DNA of 64,000 nucleotides from Mobula hypostoma (lineage: Eukaryota), in NCBI RefSeq assembly GCF_963921235.1, contig NC_086107.1, positions 115,260,001 to 115,324,000 on the forward strand, read 5' to 3'. The notes beneath the pieces are model-generated. The model made no database searches and was not told the DNA's origin. It saw nothing but the letters and a program-made list of their open reading frames with translations. This document shows, one piece after another, positions 47,665 through 60,246 of the stretch. Every line of letters begins with the position of its first letter. Positions within the stretch are counted from its first letter, which is position 1. A program made the translations under genes and the position numbers.

Positions 47665-48107
47665 GTGGGCATCTGTCTTTCTGTCTGCGCGTGCGCGCGT
47701 CTTTGTGTGAAATAACTAAATTGTACTGTGTGCATGTGTAAATGCATCCCTGTGTCTGCATGCATGCACTTTATTGGTGAACGTGTGTCAATACGTAAAC
47801 ACGTGCAAGTCTGCTGGCAGGTACAGTAAATGTGTTCAGCGTGCCTGTGTGTGTGAGCGCGGGATCCTTCGGTTGCACTGGCGCGTGACCCCCTTCCCCT
47901 CATTCCCTCCATTTCTACACCCCTATTCCCTCCCACCTCGCTGCCCTCACTTTCCCCTTTACCTCACTCACCCCCTCTCTTTGCCCCACCCTTGTTTGCC
48001 TCTCCTTCCCCAACTACCCCCCCCCCAGCCTCTCTTCCTCAACCAACCAACTCGCTCTTCCTGAGTCTATTGACCTCTCTCGTCTCTCGCCTCCCTCCAC
48101 CCCTCAG

Positions 48108-48300
48108 GCCCACGTGCAGTCAGGCATGGCTGGACCCCACCACCACCCTGGACCCTCGCACCACACGCAGGTGATGCTGCTACCGGCTCCACAGACACAC
48201 GGACATGGGGGTCCCACCCAGCAGGGCGCCCCACACAGCGGTGTCCCAGCCATGTCTGCCAATGCCACCACTCACTACACCTACATCGGGCATCCCCAAG
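48108..48300 (+). CDS. ATXN2L: ATXN2L exon 22 (AHVQSG..YTYIGHPQ)
   Basis: Canonical sites; 193 nt. Confidence 0.96.
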
Positions 48301-48307
48301 GTAAGGG

Positions 48308-49477
48308 AGAGGGAGTGCAGGGAGCCTCACCCTGTGTCTGACCCATGGAGTATGTGACCAAATGATGTTGAGTGAGCTTCATCCTGTGGCTGACTGTAGG
48401 AGTGTTTAATGAGATGGTATTGGTTTTCCTGTATCTGACTTCAGGAATGTGTGACAGCATGGTGTGGAGGGAGCTTCACTCTGTGTCTGACCCCGGGAGT
48501 GTGTGATGGGACGGTGTGGAGGGAGATGCACTCTGTGTTTGACCCCGGAAGTGTGTGATGGGACGGTGTGGAGGGAGATGCACTCTGTGTCTGACCCCGG
48601 GAGTGTCTGATGGGACGGTGCGGAGGGAGATTCACTCAGTGTCTGACCCTGGGAGTGTGTGATGGGATGGTGTGGAGGGAGCTTCACTCCGTGTCTGACC
48701 CCGGGAGTGTGTGATGGGATGGTGTGGAGAGAGCTTCACTCTGTGTCTGACCCCGGGAGTGTGTGATGGGACAGTGTGGAGGGATCTTCACTCCGTGTCT
48801 GACCCCGGGAGTGTGTGATGGGACGGTGTGGAGGGAGTTTCACTCTGTGTCTGACCCCGGGAGTGTGTGATGGGACGGTGTGCAGGGAGCTTCACTCTGT
48901 GTCTGACCCCGGGAGTGTGTGATGGGATGGTGAGGAGGGAGATTCACTCTGTGTCTGACCCCGGGAGTGTGTGATGGGACGGTGTGGAGGGAGATTCACT
49001 CTGTGTCTGACCCCGGGAGTGTGTGATGGGACGGTGCGGAGGGAGCTTCACTCTGTCTGACCCCGGGAGTGTGTGATGGGACGGTGTGGTCTGTCTGACC
49101 CCGGGAGTGTGTGATGGGACGGTGTGGAGGGAGCTTCACTCTGTATCTGACCCCGGGAGTGTGTGATGGGACGGTGTGGAGGGAGCTTCACTCTGTATCT
49201 GACCCCGGGAGTGTGTGATGGGACTGTGTGGAGGGAGTTTCACTTTCACTCTGTGTCTGACCCTGGGAGTGTGTGATGGGACAGTGTGGAGGGAGCTTCA
49301 CTCTGTGTCTGACCCCGGGAGTGTGTGATGGGACAGTGTGGAGGGAGTTTCACTTTCACTCTGTGTCTGACCCTGGGAGTGTGTGATGGGACGGTGTGGA
49401 GGGAGCGCCACCTAGTGTCTGACCCTGTGAGTGTGTGATGGGACAGTGTGGAGGGAGATTCACTCTGTGTCTGACCC
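48308..49477 (+). repeat. 52-bp minisatellite filling intron 22 (about 20 well-conserved plus 2-3 decayed units)
   Basis: Unit GGGAGTGTGTGATGGGACGGTGTGGAGGGAGCTTCACTCTGTGTCTGACCCC. Confidence 0.97.
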
Positions 49478-49495
49478 ATTCTCCTTTCTCTGCAG

Positions 49496-49545
49496 TGCCT
49501 GTGCAGACCCACCAGCAGCCGCTGTTCCATCCACAGGGGAACTGA
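49496..49545 (+). CDS. ATXN2L: ATXN2L terminal coding exon 23 (VPVQTHQQPLFHPQGN*)
   Basis: ctgcag| acceptor; TGA at 49543-49545; resembles the ATXN2L ..FHPPGN C-terminus. Confidence 0.93.
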
Positions 49546-50301
49546 GGGCTTCCATAAGCCCGCTTCGCGCCGGCACGGAGCCAGTGACTGGGGATGGGCC
49601 TTCCTCGTGGCTTGCCAGAAACCCTCCCCACTGCCCAGAGTGAGCCGTGCTTCCCGATCCTTTCAGCCCCCTCCCTTTCTCCCTTCCTGAGCCAGTGGGA
49701 GGCTGATTCCCGCCCTCCAACAAGACTGAGCTGCTCCGGGTCAGGAGGAATGGAGACGGGAAATTGTCAGCAATCAGTGGGGGCATGGTGGAGCAGATGG
49801 TAACCGCTAAACTACACCTTCGCATCCCTCCTTTTCCCCTTCTTCTTCACCCAAACCAACTGTCCATCTTTGCTTCTCTGATCCCAATGATCCACCCCTC
49901 CCACATCTCCTTCTTACCACCCTCATCTCTCCTCTCCCTTCTCTGATCTCTCCACCCCTTCTGCCTTCCTCCACCTTCGCTACTGCTCCACTCCCTTAAC
50001 TTTGTCGCACTCCTGCCCTCTCTCTGCCGCTTTCCCATCTCACCCCCTCTCCCCGTCGCAAGCCCCTCTCTCTCTGTTGCATCCTTGTCTCAGCCCCCCT
50101 TCCCCCCTTCTCCCCGTCACTACCCTGTCTCTGCTGCCCTTACTCTCTCTGTCATTTTCCCCACCCTTTCTCTCCATCACTCAGCCGGTTCCCCCTTCTA
50201 TTGCCTTCTCTTTCTATCCAACATGTGTCTCTATCACTATCTGTCTCCCTCTTTCTGTTTACAACTTGCAAGGTGGATTTAAGGACACCCTTTTACTTTA
50301 T

Positions 50302-50337
50302 ATTAAATAACCAAAAAAAAGCTTCAAAAAAAATAAA
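50302..50337 (+). terminator. Polyadenylation signals ending an ~800-nt 3' UTR
   Basis: ATTAAA at 50302-50307 and AATAAA at 50332-50337 in an A-rich tract. Confidence 0.7.
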
Positions 50338-52189
50338 AATGTAAACTAACTAAAGAACCTCAGGAGTTTCACTGAATGATAGGTCAATCCCAGGTCAGAA
50401 CTCCCTGGTTCTCGGGTTTGTGCTTCAGGTCAAGCAGTGTCTTGGGATTGTGTCCAAACTACCCCCCTCTCGCTACTGCCCTTCGTCTTGCCTTTTACAG
50501 GAAGGGAGTGGAACGTGGGAGTCCCAGACTGTCCAGACCCTATCAATGGAGGTTTATTTTGTGATTCCAGCCTCATTATGAAACTACAATATTCTACTAT
50601 TGACAGTATTTACAGACATGACTTCAAATAATGATGCATGCAGCGTATCTATCACACCCTCGAGCCCCTGTGATTCCTGAAAATCATGCACCCCCAACCC
50701 CAAAATGTACCTGGTGTGTAGAGGAGGGGTGAGTGTGGAACCAGAATGGAAAAAGAGGAACAAGGGGAGAGAAATTACCATAAGTTTGAGAAATCGATGT
50801 TCATACCTTCAGATTGGAGGCTACCCAGATGGAATATTAAGTGTTGCTCCCTGAACCAGCATCTGGCCTCATTGCAGCAGTAGGAGAGGCCATTGGAGTT
50901 GAATTAAAACAAATGGCCACCAGGACGCTTTGGCTGTTGCAGGTGATAATTCAGAGAGAAAGTGCACGGCAGCTCAGTCTGTTTCAGAAAGGGGCACAGA
51001 TCCCTCCCTTTCCATTGTACATCCATTCACACACCTGTAACTATGCAGCATTACACTGCCTCCTCCCAGCCACCGGCTCTGTGAGCCAACTTCTATGAAA
51101 GAAGTGCCCCATGTAACTTTCTCTGCCCTGGGTCAGTGGCGTAAAGTGGACCAGCTTTGCCTTGAGACCGCTGCCAGTTGTGTGGGCGATAGACAGAGGG
51201 GACAAGGAAGGGCGAGGTGAACAGAGAGGTTTGTACAAGAACTGGCAACAAGTATCACAAAGTGGTGACTTATTCATAGAGTCATGAAACAGGCTGTTTG
51301 GCCCATCTATTCCACGTTGACTTGCCTGGTCTCATTGACCTACATCTGGACCCATATTGCTTCACTCCCCTCTCATTCATGTAGCTGTCCAAACTTCTCT
51401 TAAATGTTGAATTGAAACTGCATCCACCGCTTCCACTGGCAGTTCGTTCCACACTTGCACAACCTGCTGAATGAAGAAGTTTCCCCTCAGGATCTCTTTA
51501 AATATTTCACCATTCACTCTGTTTTTCTAGACTCACCCAACCTGAGAGGAAAGTGCAAACATTTCACGCTGCCTATACCCCTGATTCTGTACAATCTCCC
51601 CTCATTCTCCTGTGTTTCAGGGAATAAAGTCCTAACCTATTAAACCTTATAAATCAGGTCCTGGCAACATCCAAGGAAATCATCTCTGCGCTCTGAAGCT
51701 TAATATCATTCCTGTAATTAGGTGACCAGGACTGCACACAATGCTCCAAATTTGGCCTCAAGAACATCTTGAACAACTTCAGTGCAACATCTCAAATGCT
51801 GTACTCAATGCCTTAATCTTGAAGTCAATGTGGCAGAAGCTGTCTCTAAGACCCTATCTACCTGTGATGCTATCTACAAGGAATTATGGATCTGCATTTC
51901 ACAAACCCTTTATTCTACCACACATCTCTGCATTAAATTCATCAGTCATTTTTCAGCCCATTTTCCCAGCAAGTCCAGAGACTAAGGGGTCAAACACAGA
52001 ATGTTACGGCACGGTACAGGCCCTTAAGCCCACATTGTCAGCACAATTTTTAAAAAACTTTTAAGATGAATTTAATCCTTCTCTTTCACATATCCCTTCA
52101 TTTTTCAAGATTCAGGATTGTTTATTATCATTGTTCAGTGCACGAGGTAAAGGAGAACAAAATATAATGCAGCATTAGATCTGCTTTTA

Positions 52190-54840
52190 TTTCTTCCACC
52201 AAAGTTGTTTTCCATCTGCCACATCTTGATCATTCTCCTAATCTAACTCCTGTAGCCTTTCTGCTTCCTCAACAGTGCCTGCCCCTCCACCTATCTTCGT
52301 ATCATCCGCAAAGTTGCCACAAAGCCATTAATTTTGTCATCTGTTAATTAAATGTCATTAACTGTCATTTAATTTCAAAAGAGGCTTTCCAACACAGATA
52401 CCTACAGAACTCCACTTGTCTCCGCCAGCCACCCAGCCAGAAAAGGCACCCTTTATTCCCACTCTTTGCCTCCCGCCAATGAGCCAATGCTAGTATCTTG
52501 GCTGTAACATCATGTTCTCTTAATTTGTTAAGAAGCCTCATGTGTGACACCTTGTCAAAGGCCTCTGAAAATCCAAGTTCACAACATCTACCAACTTTCC
52601 TTTGTTTATCCTGCTTGTTATTTCTTCAAAGGGTTCCAGCAGATTTGTCAGGCAAGATTTTCCCTTGAGGAAATTGTACTAACTTCGGCTTGTTTCATCA
52701 TGTGCCTCCAAGTACCCCGGAACCACATCCATAACAATTGACTTCCAACATCTTCCCACCCACTGATGTCAGACAAGTTGGCCTATACTTTCCTTCTGCC
52801 TCTCTCCCTGAAGAATAGAGTGGCATCTGCAATTTTCCAGACTCTTGAAAGATCATTACTCATGCCTCCACAATCTCTCCAGCCACCTCTTTATGAACCC
52901 TGGGGTGGAGACCATCTGGTCCAGGCAACTTTGTCTACTTTAAGACCTTTTGGTTTCCCAAGCACCTTCTCCCCAGTAATGGCAACTTTACTCAGTTCTG
53001 CTCCTGAAGCTCTTGAACTTCTGGCACAATGCTTCCACAGTGGAGACTGATGCAAAATACGTATTATGTTCACCTGCCATTTCCTTATTTCCCCCATTAC
53101 TACCTCTCCAGCATCATTTTCCAGCAGTTCGATATGTATTGTTGCCTCTCTTTTACACTTTATATAACTGAAGAAACTTTTGGTATCCTCCTTGATATTG
53201 TTAATTTGCTTATCTTCGTATTTCATCTTTTCCTTCCTCATGACTTTTAGTTTCCTTTTGGTTGTTAAAAGCTTCCTGTTCCTCTAACTTCAATTTTTGC
53301 TCTATTATATGCCCTCACCTTGGCACTTGTGTTGGCTTTGACTTATATTGTCAGCCACGGTTGCATCACCCTGCTTTTAGAATACTACTACTTTGGGTTG
53401 TGTAATTTGCTGTGGAGGACAGGTCATTGGGTGTTACAGCAGAGCTTATTAACTTGATTGGACACTGCATCAAAGGTTATGGCAAGAAGGCTGGAGAGTT
53501 GGGCTGAGGAGGGAAAGAAGGATCAGCTATGATTCAATGGGGGAGCAGACTCGATGGGCCAAATGGCTTAATTCTGTTCCTATGTCTTGTGGTCTTTATG
53601 GTCTAATCATTCGGGTTCATTGCACAACACCCAATCCAGAAAAACTGCTTCTCTAGTCTACAAACTCCCTCTTGGGATCCAGCGCCAATCAATCTATCTG
53701 CATATTGAAAAAATCCCCCTTGACGTGCATTTTCATCTCCCATTGTAATTTGTAAATCACATTTTTAGTATTGTTTGGAAGTCTGTATATAACTTTTTAC
53801 CCTTGCAGTTTCTTAGCTGTACCCACAGCAATTCTATGCTTTCCAATCCTATGTCATCTCTTTCTGTGAATTTGATTTCATTTGTATACCAACAGAGTCA
53901 TGCCATCCCCTCTGTCCACCTGCCTTTCCTTCAATACAATGTGTACCTTTGGATGTTAAACTCCCAGCTATAATCTTCCTTCAGCCATGGTTCAGTGATG
54001 CCTACAACATCATACATGCCAATCTGTAACTGCTTCAAGTTCATCTACCATATTCAGCATACTGTGTGCATTCAAATAGACTTGAAGTTCTGCATCTATC
54101 ACCCTTTTCAATTGTTCTCTTTCATATTGCAACTCATTCCATTGACTGCAGTTTTGCCCTATCATCAGTCTCTCTTTGCTAGCAGTTTCACTATACATTG
54201 CCTCTGTTTGTAAACAAACTACCCCATCCTCAGCCTTATCACTGCAGACCCCATCCCCCTGTCAAATTAGTTTAAACCTCCCCTCACCTTGGACAGTTCA
54301 GACAGTTCAAGCAATCTTGCCCACAAGGATATTGGTCCCCTTTGGGTTCAGGTGTAACCCATCCTTTTAGTACAGGTTGTTCCTTTCCCAGAAGAGATCC
54401 CAGTGATCCAAAAATCTGAATCTCTGCACCAGTTCCTCAGCTACACATTCATGTACGAAATCATCTAATTGGTATCCTCAGTGACACATGGTACAGGTAG
54501 CGATCCAGAGATTTCTACCCTGAAGGTCCTGCTATTTAGCTCTCTACCTAGCTCCCTACAATCTCTCTTCAGGACCTCCTCACCGTTCCTGCCTATTGTC
54601 ATTGGTGTCAATATGTACCAAGACTTCTGGCTGCTCACCTTCCCCGTTTATTATACAGTGGATGCAGTCTGAGACTTTCCTGACCCTGACATCTGGGAGG
54701 CAACATGCTATCCAGGAGTCCCTATCGCATCTACCAAATCTCCTCCCTCTTCCTGTAAGTTTGGAATCTCTACTGCAGTCCTGTGCACACACTTCTCTTC
54801 TGAGACACAGCTCGCACCAGATTCAGTGTCAGAGACCTGG
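52190..54840 (-). mobile_element. Long decayed CR1 including an ORF1 esterase remnant; opposite-strand CR1 3' piece at about 53400-53605
   Basis: CCLPDVRVRKVSD..GEGEQPEVLVHIDTND (SGNH esterase-like ORF1) plus ORF2 linker and RT remnants. Confidence 0.8.
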
Positions 54841-55824
54841 TCGCTAGGCGTTTTCTATCACCCATGTGTCTGAATTTCTTAAATGCCCCAAATATATTCA
54901 CCTCTACCACAACCCCTGAAAGAGTATTCCACACACTCAACACTCTTGTAAAAATTAACCCTATAATTTCCTCTAACCCGTCTCATATTAGCCATTTTCG
55001 CCCCGGGGGGGGGGTGGGGGGGGGAAATCTCTGGCTATCTACTAGATCTATGCCTCATCATTTTGTACACCTCTATCAAGTGTCCTCTCATCCTCCTTTG
55101 CACTAAAGAGAAAAGCCCTAGCTTGTTCAACCCATGCACTCCACCCTGTCTGTTTTCCCCATGTTTCCACTGTTTACACCTCGATAAGTTCACCTTGCGG
55201 TCCACAACACTCCAATAAGAAAGTCCCAACCTGAGAATCAGAATCAGGTTTATTATCACTGACTTACTTTGTGAAAGTTGTTTGTAGTGACAGAAACAAT
55301 GCATAGACATAATATTACCATACATTGCAAAATCAATAATTAGAGGAGAAAAGGAATCACCTGCTTAACATCTCTTCATGTCTCAGGCATAGAGTCATAG
55401 TGTTATAGAGTACTACATAGAAACAGACCTTTGTCCTATCTAGTCCGAGACTATTCTGCTTTGTTCCATCGACCTGCAATTGAACCATAGTCATCCACAC
55501 CACTCCCAACCGTGAACTTATCTGAACTTCTCTTAAATGCTGAGTTCCAGCCTGCATCCATTACTTCAGCTGGCAGGTCATTCCACACTCTCACCACTCT
55601 TTAAGTGAATAAATTCTTTCTTATGTTCCCCTTAAATATTTCACCCTTCACCCTTAACCATCACCTCTACTTCTGGTTACACACAACGTCGGTAGGGGAA
55701 AAAAAATTGCATTTACCCTACCTATAACCACTAATTTTGTATACCCCTATCAAATGTCTCCTGATTATTTTACAATCTAGGGAATTAAATCCCAATCACC
55801 TCAACCTTCCCCTATAACTATTCA

Positions 55825-56290
55825 GCCCAGTACATCACGGATAAAGCCCTCCCAAACATTGAGCAGATCTACACAAAATGCTGTCGTAGGGAAGCAGCAA
55901 CCGTCATCAGAGATCCCCACCCCTAGATCATGCTCTTTTCTCGCTGCTGCCATCAGGTGGAAGGTACAAGAGACTCAGGACTTGCACCAGCAGGTTCGGG
56001 AACAGTTACTACCACTCACGTCACTCACCCCATCATTGAAATGTTCATACAACCAACGATTTCACTTTAAAAACACTATCATCATCTTCTATTCTCCTTA
56101 TTTGTAGCTTTTTTTTTATATTTGCATTTGCAGTTTGTTGTCTTCTGCACTCTGGTTGATCTTTCGTTGATCCTGTTACAGTTACTATTCTATAGATTTG
56201 CTGAGTATGCCCACAGGAAAATGAATCTCAGCGTATATGGTGACGTATATGTATAGCACTTTGATAATAATATTTGCTTTGTACTTTTAA
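55825..56290 (+). mobile_element. Rex1/Babar 3' fragment
   Basis: Same 3' coding end and UTR as 3799-4225. Confidence 0.75.
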
Positions 56291-57089
56291 ACTTGGCTTA
56301 ACAAATTGTGTTACCATTGAGGCAGGGGCTCAAACAACGAACCAATGCAGGGGTTTAAAGAGGAAACGTGCAGAAAATGCCGCAAGGGAGATCTACTGAC
56401 CTCGCTCATGAGTTTTCACAAGTTAGACAGGTAGATAACTCCACTCCAGGTGTAACCTCGGGCATTCTTTCAGCCCTCCTTTTTAGGAGAATCTGTTGCA
56501 GTTCGTATACTTTTCAAATGCCTCGTTTGTTCCTTGTGGCATATACCTGGCATCTGCATCCTTCTTCCTAAATAGGGCTTCAATACCCCTCGAAAACCAG
56601 GGTTGTGTGGTCATTGATTACGTTATGACTGGGTATCGAGTAAAGCATTTTGATGGATAGATCAATCTTGTTGGCATATCCCTCCAAGATGTTCCTCCTG
56701 TCGTAATACCGCTGGGATGCTCTTGTTGAATATCTGCTATTGTTTTCCACATTACTGTTGAAACTTCTATACTGAGAAACATCACCCTAATGGTCTGGTC
56801 CTTCTCTTAGCCACCTTTATGTGACAATAGTAAAATCACAATCCTATCTGCTGATCCACGATTTTCCTTACATTCTGTCATCGATCAAGCAATGCACTGT
56901 TGTGGAAATCTTTATTCTTTTTCACCATTCAGGAGGAAAGGTAACCAAAACAATCAAGCTGTTAGCATGGATGGGGTTCAGTGAGATTGTGCTGCTGAGA
57001 AGCCAACTCTGCTGACATGAAGATGGTTGGCGTGGGACAGTAGCAGTAGACATAATACTGTGGTGCGGTCAGTTGAATTGAGTATGATG

Positions 57090-60000
57090 TAAGACCATAA
57101 GGCAATTCAGCCTATCGAGTCTGCTTCACCATTTCATCATGGCTTATCCCGGATCCCACTCAACCCCATATACCTGCCTTCTCGTCATAACGTTTGATGC
57201 CCTGACCAATCAGGAAACTATAAGTTTTCGCTTTAAATATACCCACGATCTAGGCAGAACATTCCACAGATTCACTGCTCTCTGGCTAAAAATAATTCCT
57301 CCTTACCTCTGTTCTAGAGTCGCTCCTCAATTTGGAGGTTGTATCCTCTAGTTCTGGACACCCCCACCAGAAGAAACATCCTCTTCACATCCACCTTATC
57401 TAGTCCTTTCAGTATTCTTCTAAATTCCAGTGCATACAGGCCCAAAGCTGCCAAACGCTCCTCGTTTGTTATCCTCTTCATTCCCAGAATCATCCCCGTG
57501 AACCTCTGGACTCTGTCCAATGATAACACATCCTTTCTGAGATATGGGCCCCAAAACTGTTGATAATATTCCAAGTATGGCCTGATTAGTGTCTTATAAA
57601 TCCTCAACACTGTCTCCTCGTTTTTATTTTCTATTTCCCCTGAAATAAATGCCAACATTGCATTTGCCTCCTTTACCACAGACTCAATTTATAAATTAAC
57701 ATAGAAAACCTACAGCACAATACAGGCCCTTTGGCCCACAAAGCTGTGCCAGACATGTCCTTACTTTAGAAATTACCCAGCGTTACCCATAGCCCTCTAT
57801 TTTTCTGAGCTCTTTGTACCTGTCCAGGAGTCTCTTAAAAGACCATATCTTATTCGCCTCCACCACGGTCGCCGGCAGCCCATTCCACGCACTCGCCACT
57901 CTCTGCTCAAAAAAACTTACTCCCAACATCTCCTCTGTACCTATTTCCAAGCACATTAAAACTGTGCCCTCTCGTGCTAGCCATTTCAGCCCTGGAAAAA
58001 AAGCCACTGACTACCCTCTGGGAGTCTTGGACAAGGACTCCTAAGTACCTTTGTACCTCTGATGTTTGAATTTTCTCCCCATTTAGATAATAGTCCGCAC
58101 TGTTGTTTCTTTTACCAAAATGCATTATCATAGATTTTCCAACACTGTATTCCATCTGCCATTTTTTGCCCATTCTGTCTGTCATTCTGAAATTGCATTG
58201 CTTCCTCACCTCTCCACCTATATTTGTATTATCTGCAAACTTTGCAACAAAGCCATCAATTCCATTATCTAAGTTATTGACAAACAATGTGGAAAGTAGT
58301 GGTCCCAATACTGACACACCGAGGAACACCAGTAGTCACTGGCAGACAACCGGAAAATGCCCCCTTTGTTCCTAAACTCTGCTTCCTGCCGATCAGGCAT
58401 TCCTCTTTGTATGCCAGCATCTTTCCTGTAATCCGTGGAATTTTATCTATGTTCTAAGGGATTGTGTATTGGTGGATGAAGAGGCCGATCCTGGATCCAC
58501 ATATTTTGGTGCAGTGTGGGTACGAGTGAGTGGTGCCTGTGGTTGGCAGTTGGGTCTTTTGGTTATTCTCTTCTTTTGTGGTTGTCATTCGTTCTCTATG
58601 GCATTGCAGATGTTGCTGTCATGTAGTGAAACTTCCCCTTGAAAAGATTTCCTCCAGGTGATATGTAATTTGAAGGAGATCTACGTGGTCAGATTTCCAT
58701 ACAGATCTAGATAGAAACATAGAAAACCTACAGCACAATACGGGCCCTTCGGCCCACAAAGCTGTGCCGAACATGTCCCTACATTAGAACTACCTAGGCT
58801 TTACCCATAGCCCTCTATATTTCTAAGCTGCATGTAGCCATCCAGGAGTCCCTTAAAAGACCCTATCGTTTCTGCCTCCACCACCGCTGCTGGCAGCCCA
58901 TTCCACGCACTCACCACTCTGTGTAAAAAAAACTTACCCCTGACATCATCTCTGTACCTACTTCCAAGCACCTTACAACTATGCCCTCTTGTGTTAGTCA
59001 TTTCAGCCCTGGGGGAAAAGCCTCTGACTATCCACACAATCAATGCCTCTCATCATCTTATACATCTCTATCAGGTCACCTCTCACCCTCCGTCACTCCA
59101 AAGAGAAAAGGTCGAGATCACCATAGAACCATAGAAACTACAGCACAGAAACAGGCCCTTTGGCCCTTCTTGGCTGTGCTGAACCATTTTCTGCCTAGTC
59201 CCACTGACCTGCACACGGACCATATCCCTCCATACACCTCCCATCCATGTATCTGTCCAATTTATTCTTAAATGTTAAAAAAGAACCCGCATTTACCACC
59301 TCGTCTGGCAGCTCATTCCATACTCCCACCACTATGTGTGTGAAGGAGCCCCCCCTAATGTTCCCTTTAAACTTTTCCCCCCTCACCCTTAACCCATGTC
59401 CTCTGGTTTTTTTCTCCCCTTGCCTCAGTGGAAAAAGTCTGCTTGCATTCACTCTATCTATACCCATCATAATTTTATATACCTCTATCAAATCTCCCCT
59501 CATTCTTCTACGCTCCAGGGAATAAAGTCCTAACCTATTCAACCTTGCTCTGTAACTGAGTTTCTCAAGTCCCGGCAACATCCTTGTAACCTTCTCTGCA
59601 CTCTTTCAACCTTATTTATATCCTTCCTGTAATTTGGTGACCAATCACGTAACCTATTCTCATAAGGCATGCTCCCCAATCCAGGCAACATCCTTGTAAA
59701 TCTCCTCTGCACCCTTTCTATGGTTTCCACGTCCTTCCTGTAGTGAGGCGACCAGAATTGAGCACAGTACTCCAAGTGGGGTCTGACCAGGGTCCTATAT
59801 AGCTGCAACATTACCTCTCGGCTCTTAAACTCAATCCCACGATTGATGAAGGCCAATGCATCGTATGCCTTCTTAACCACAGTGTCAACCTGCGCAGCTG
59901 CTTTGAGTGTCCTATGGACTCGGACCCCAAGATCCCTCTGATCCTCCACACTGCCAAGAGTCTTACCATTAATGCTATATTCTGCCATCATATTTGACCT

Positions 60001-60246
60001 ACCAAAATGAACCACCTCACACTTATCTGGGTTGAATTTCATCTGCCACTTCTCAGCCCAGTTTTGCATCCTATCGATGTCCCGTTGTAACCTCTGACAG
60101 CCCTCCACACTTCACAACACCCCCAATCTTTGTGTCATCAGCAAATTTACTAACCCATGCCTCCACTTCGTCATCCAGGTCGTTTATAAAAATCACAAAG
60201 AGTAGGGGTACCAGAACAGATCTCTGAGGCACACCACTGGTCACCG
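57090..60246 (-). mobile_element. Stack of at least four nested CR1 3' portions
   Basis: CR1 tails at about 57090, 57700, 58710 and 59122; FADD-type motifs; ATCAC duplication (59117-59121 and 59644-59648) brackets one insert. Confidence 0.9.

Noticed and set aside
48308..49477. CRISPR-like array or repeat-protein ORFs (HTVPSHTPGVRHRV..)
   Set aside because: Head-to-tail repeats with no unique spacers, in eukaryotic intronic context; the ORFs are translations of the satellite.
16926..49545. Calling the gene ATXN2
   Set aside because: MLHFLTAVVGSTCDV, YGVKTTYD, QVKKSTLNPNAKEFNPTK and the FHPQGN end match ATXN2L rather than ATXN2 as I recall them; a phylogeny would confirm.
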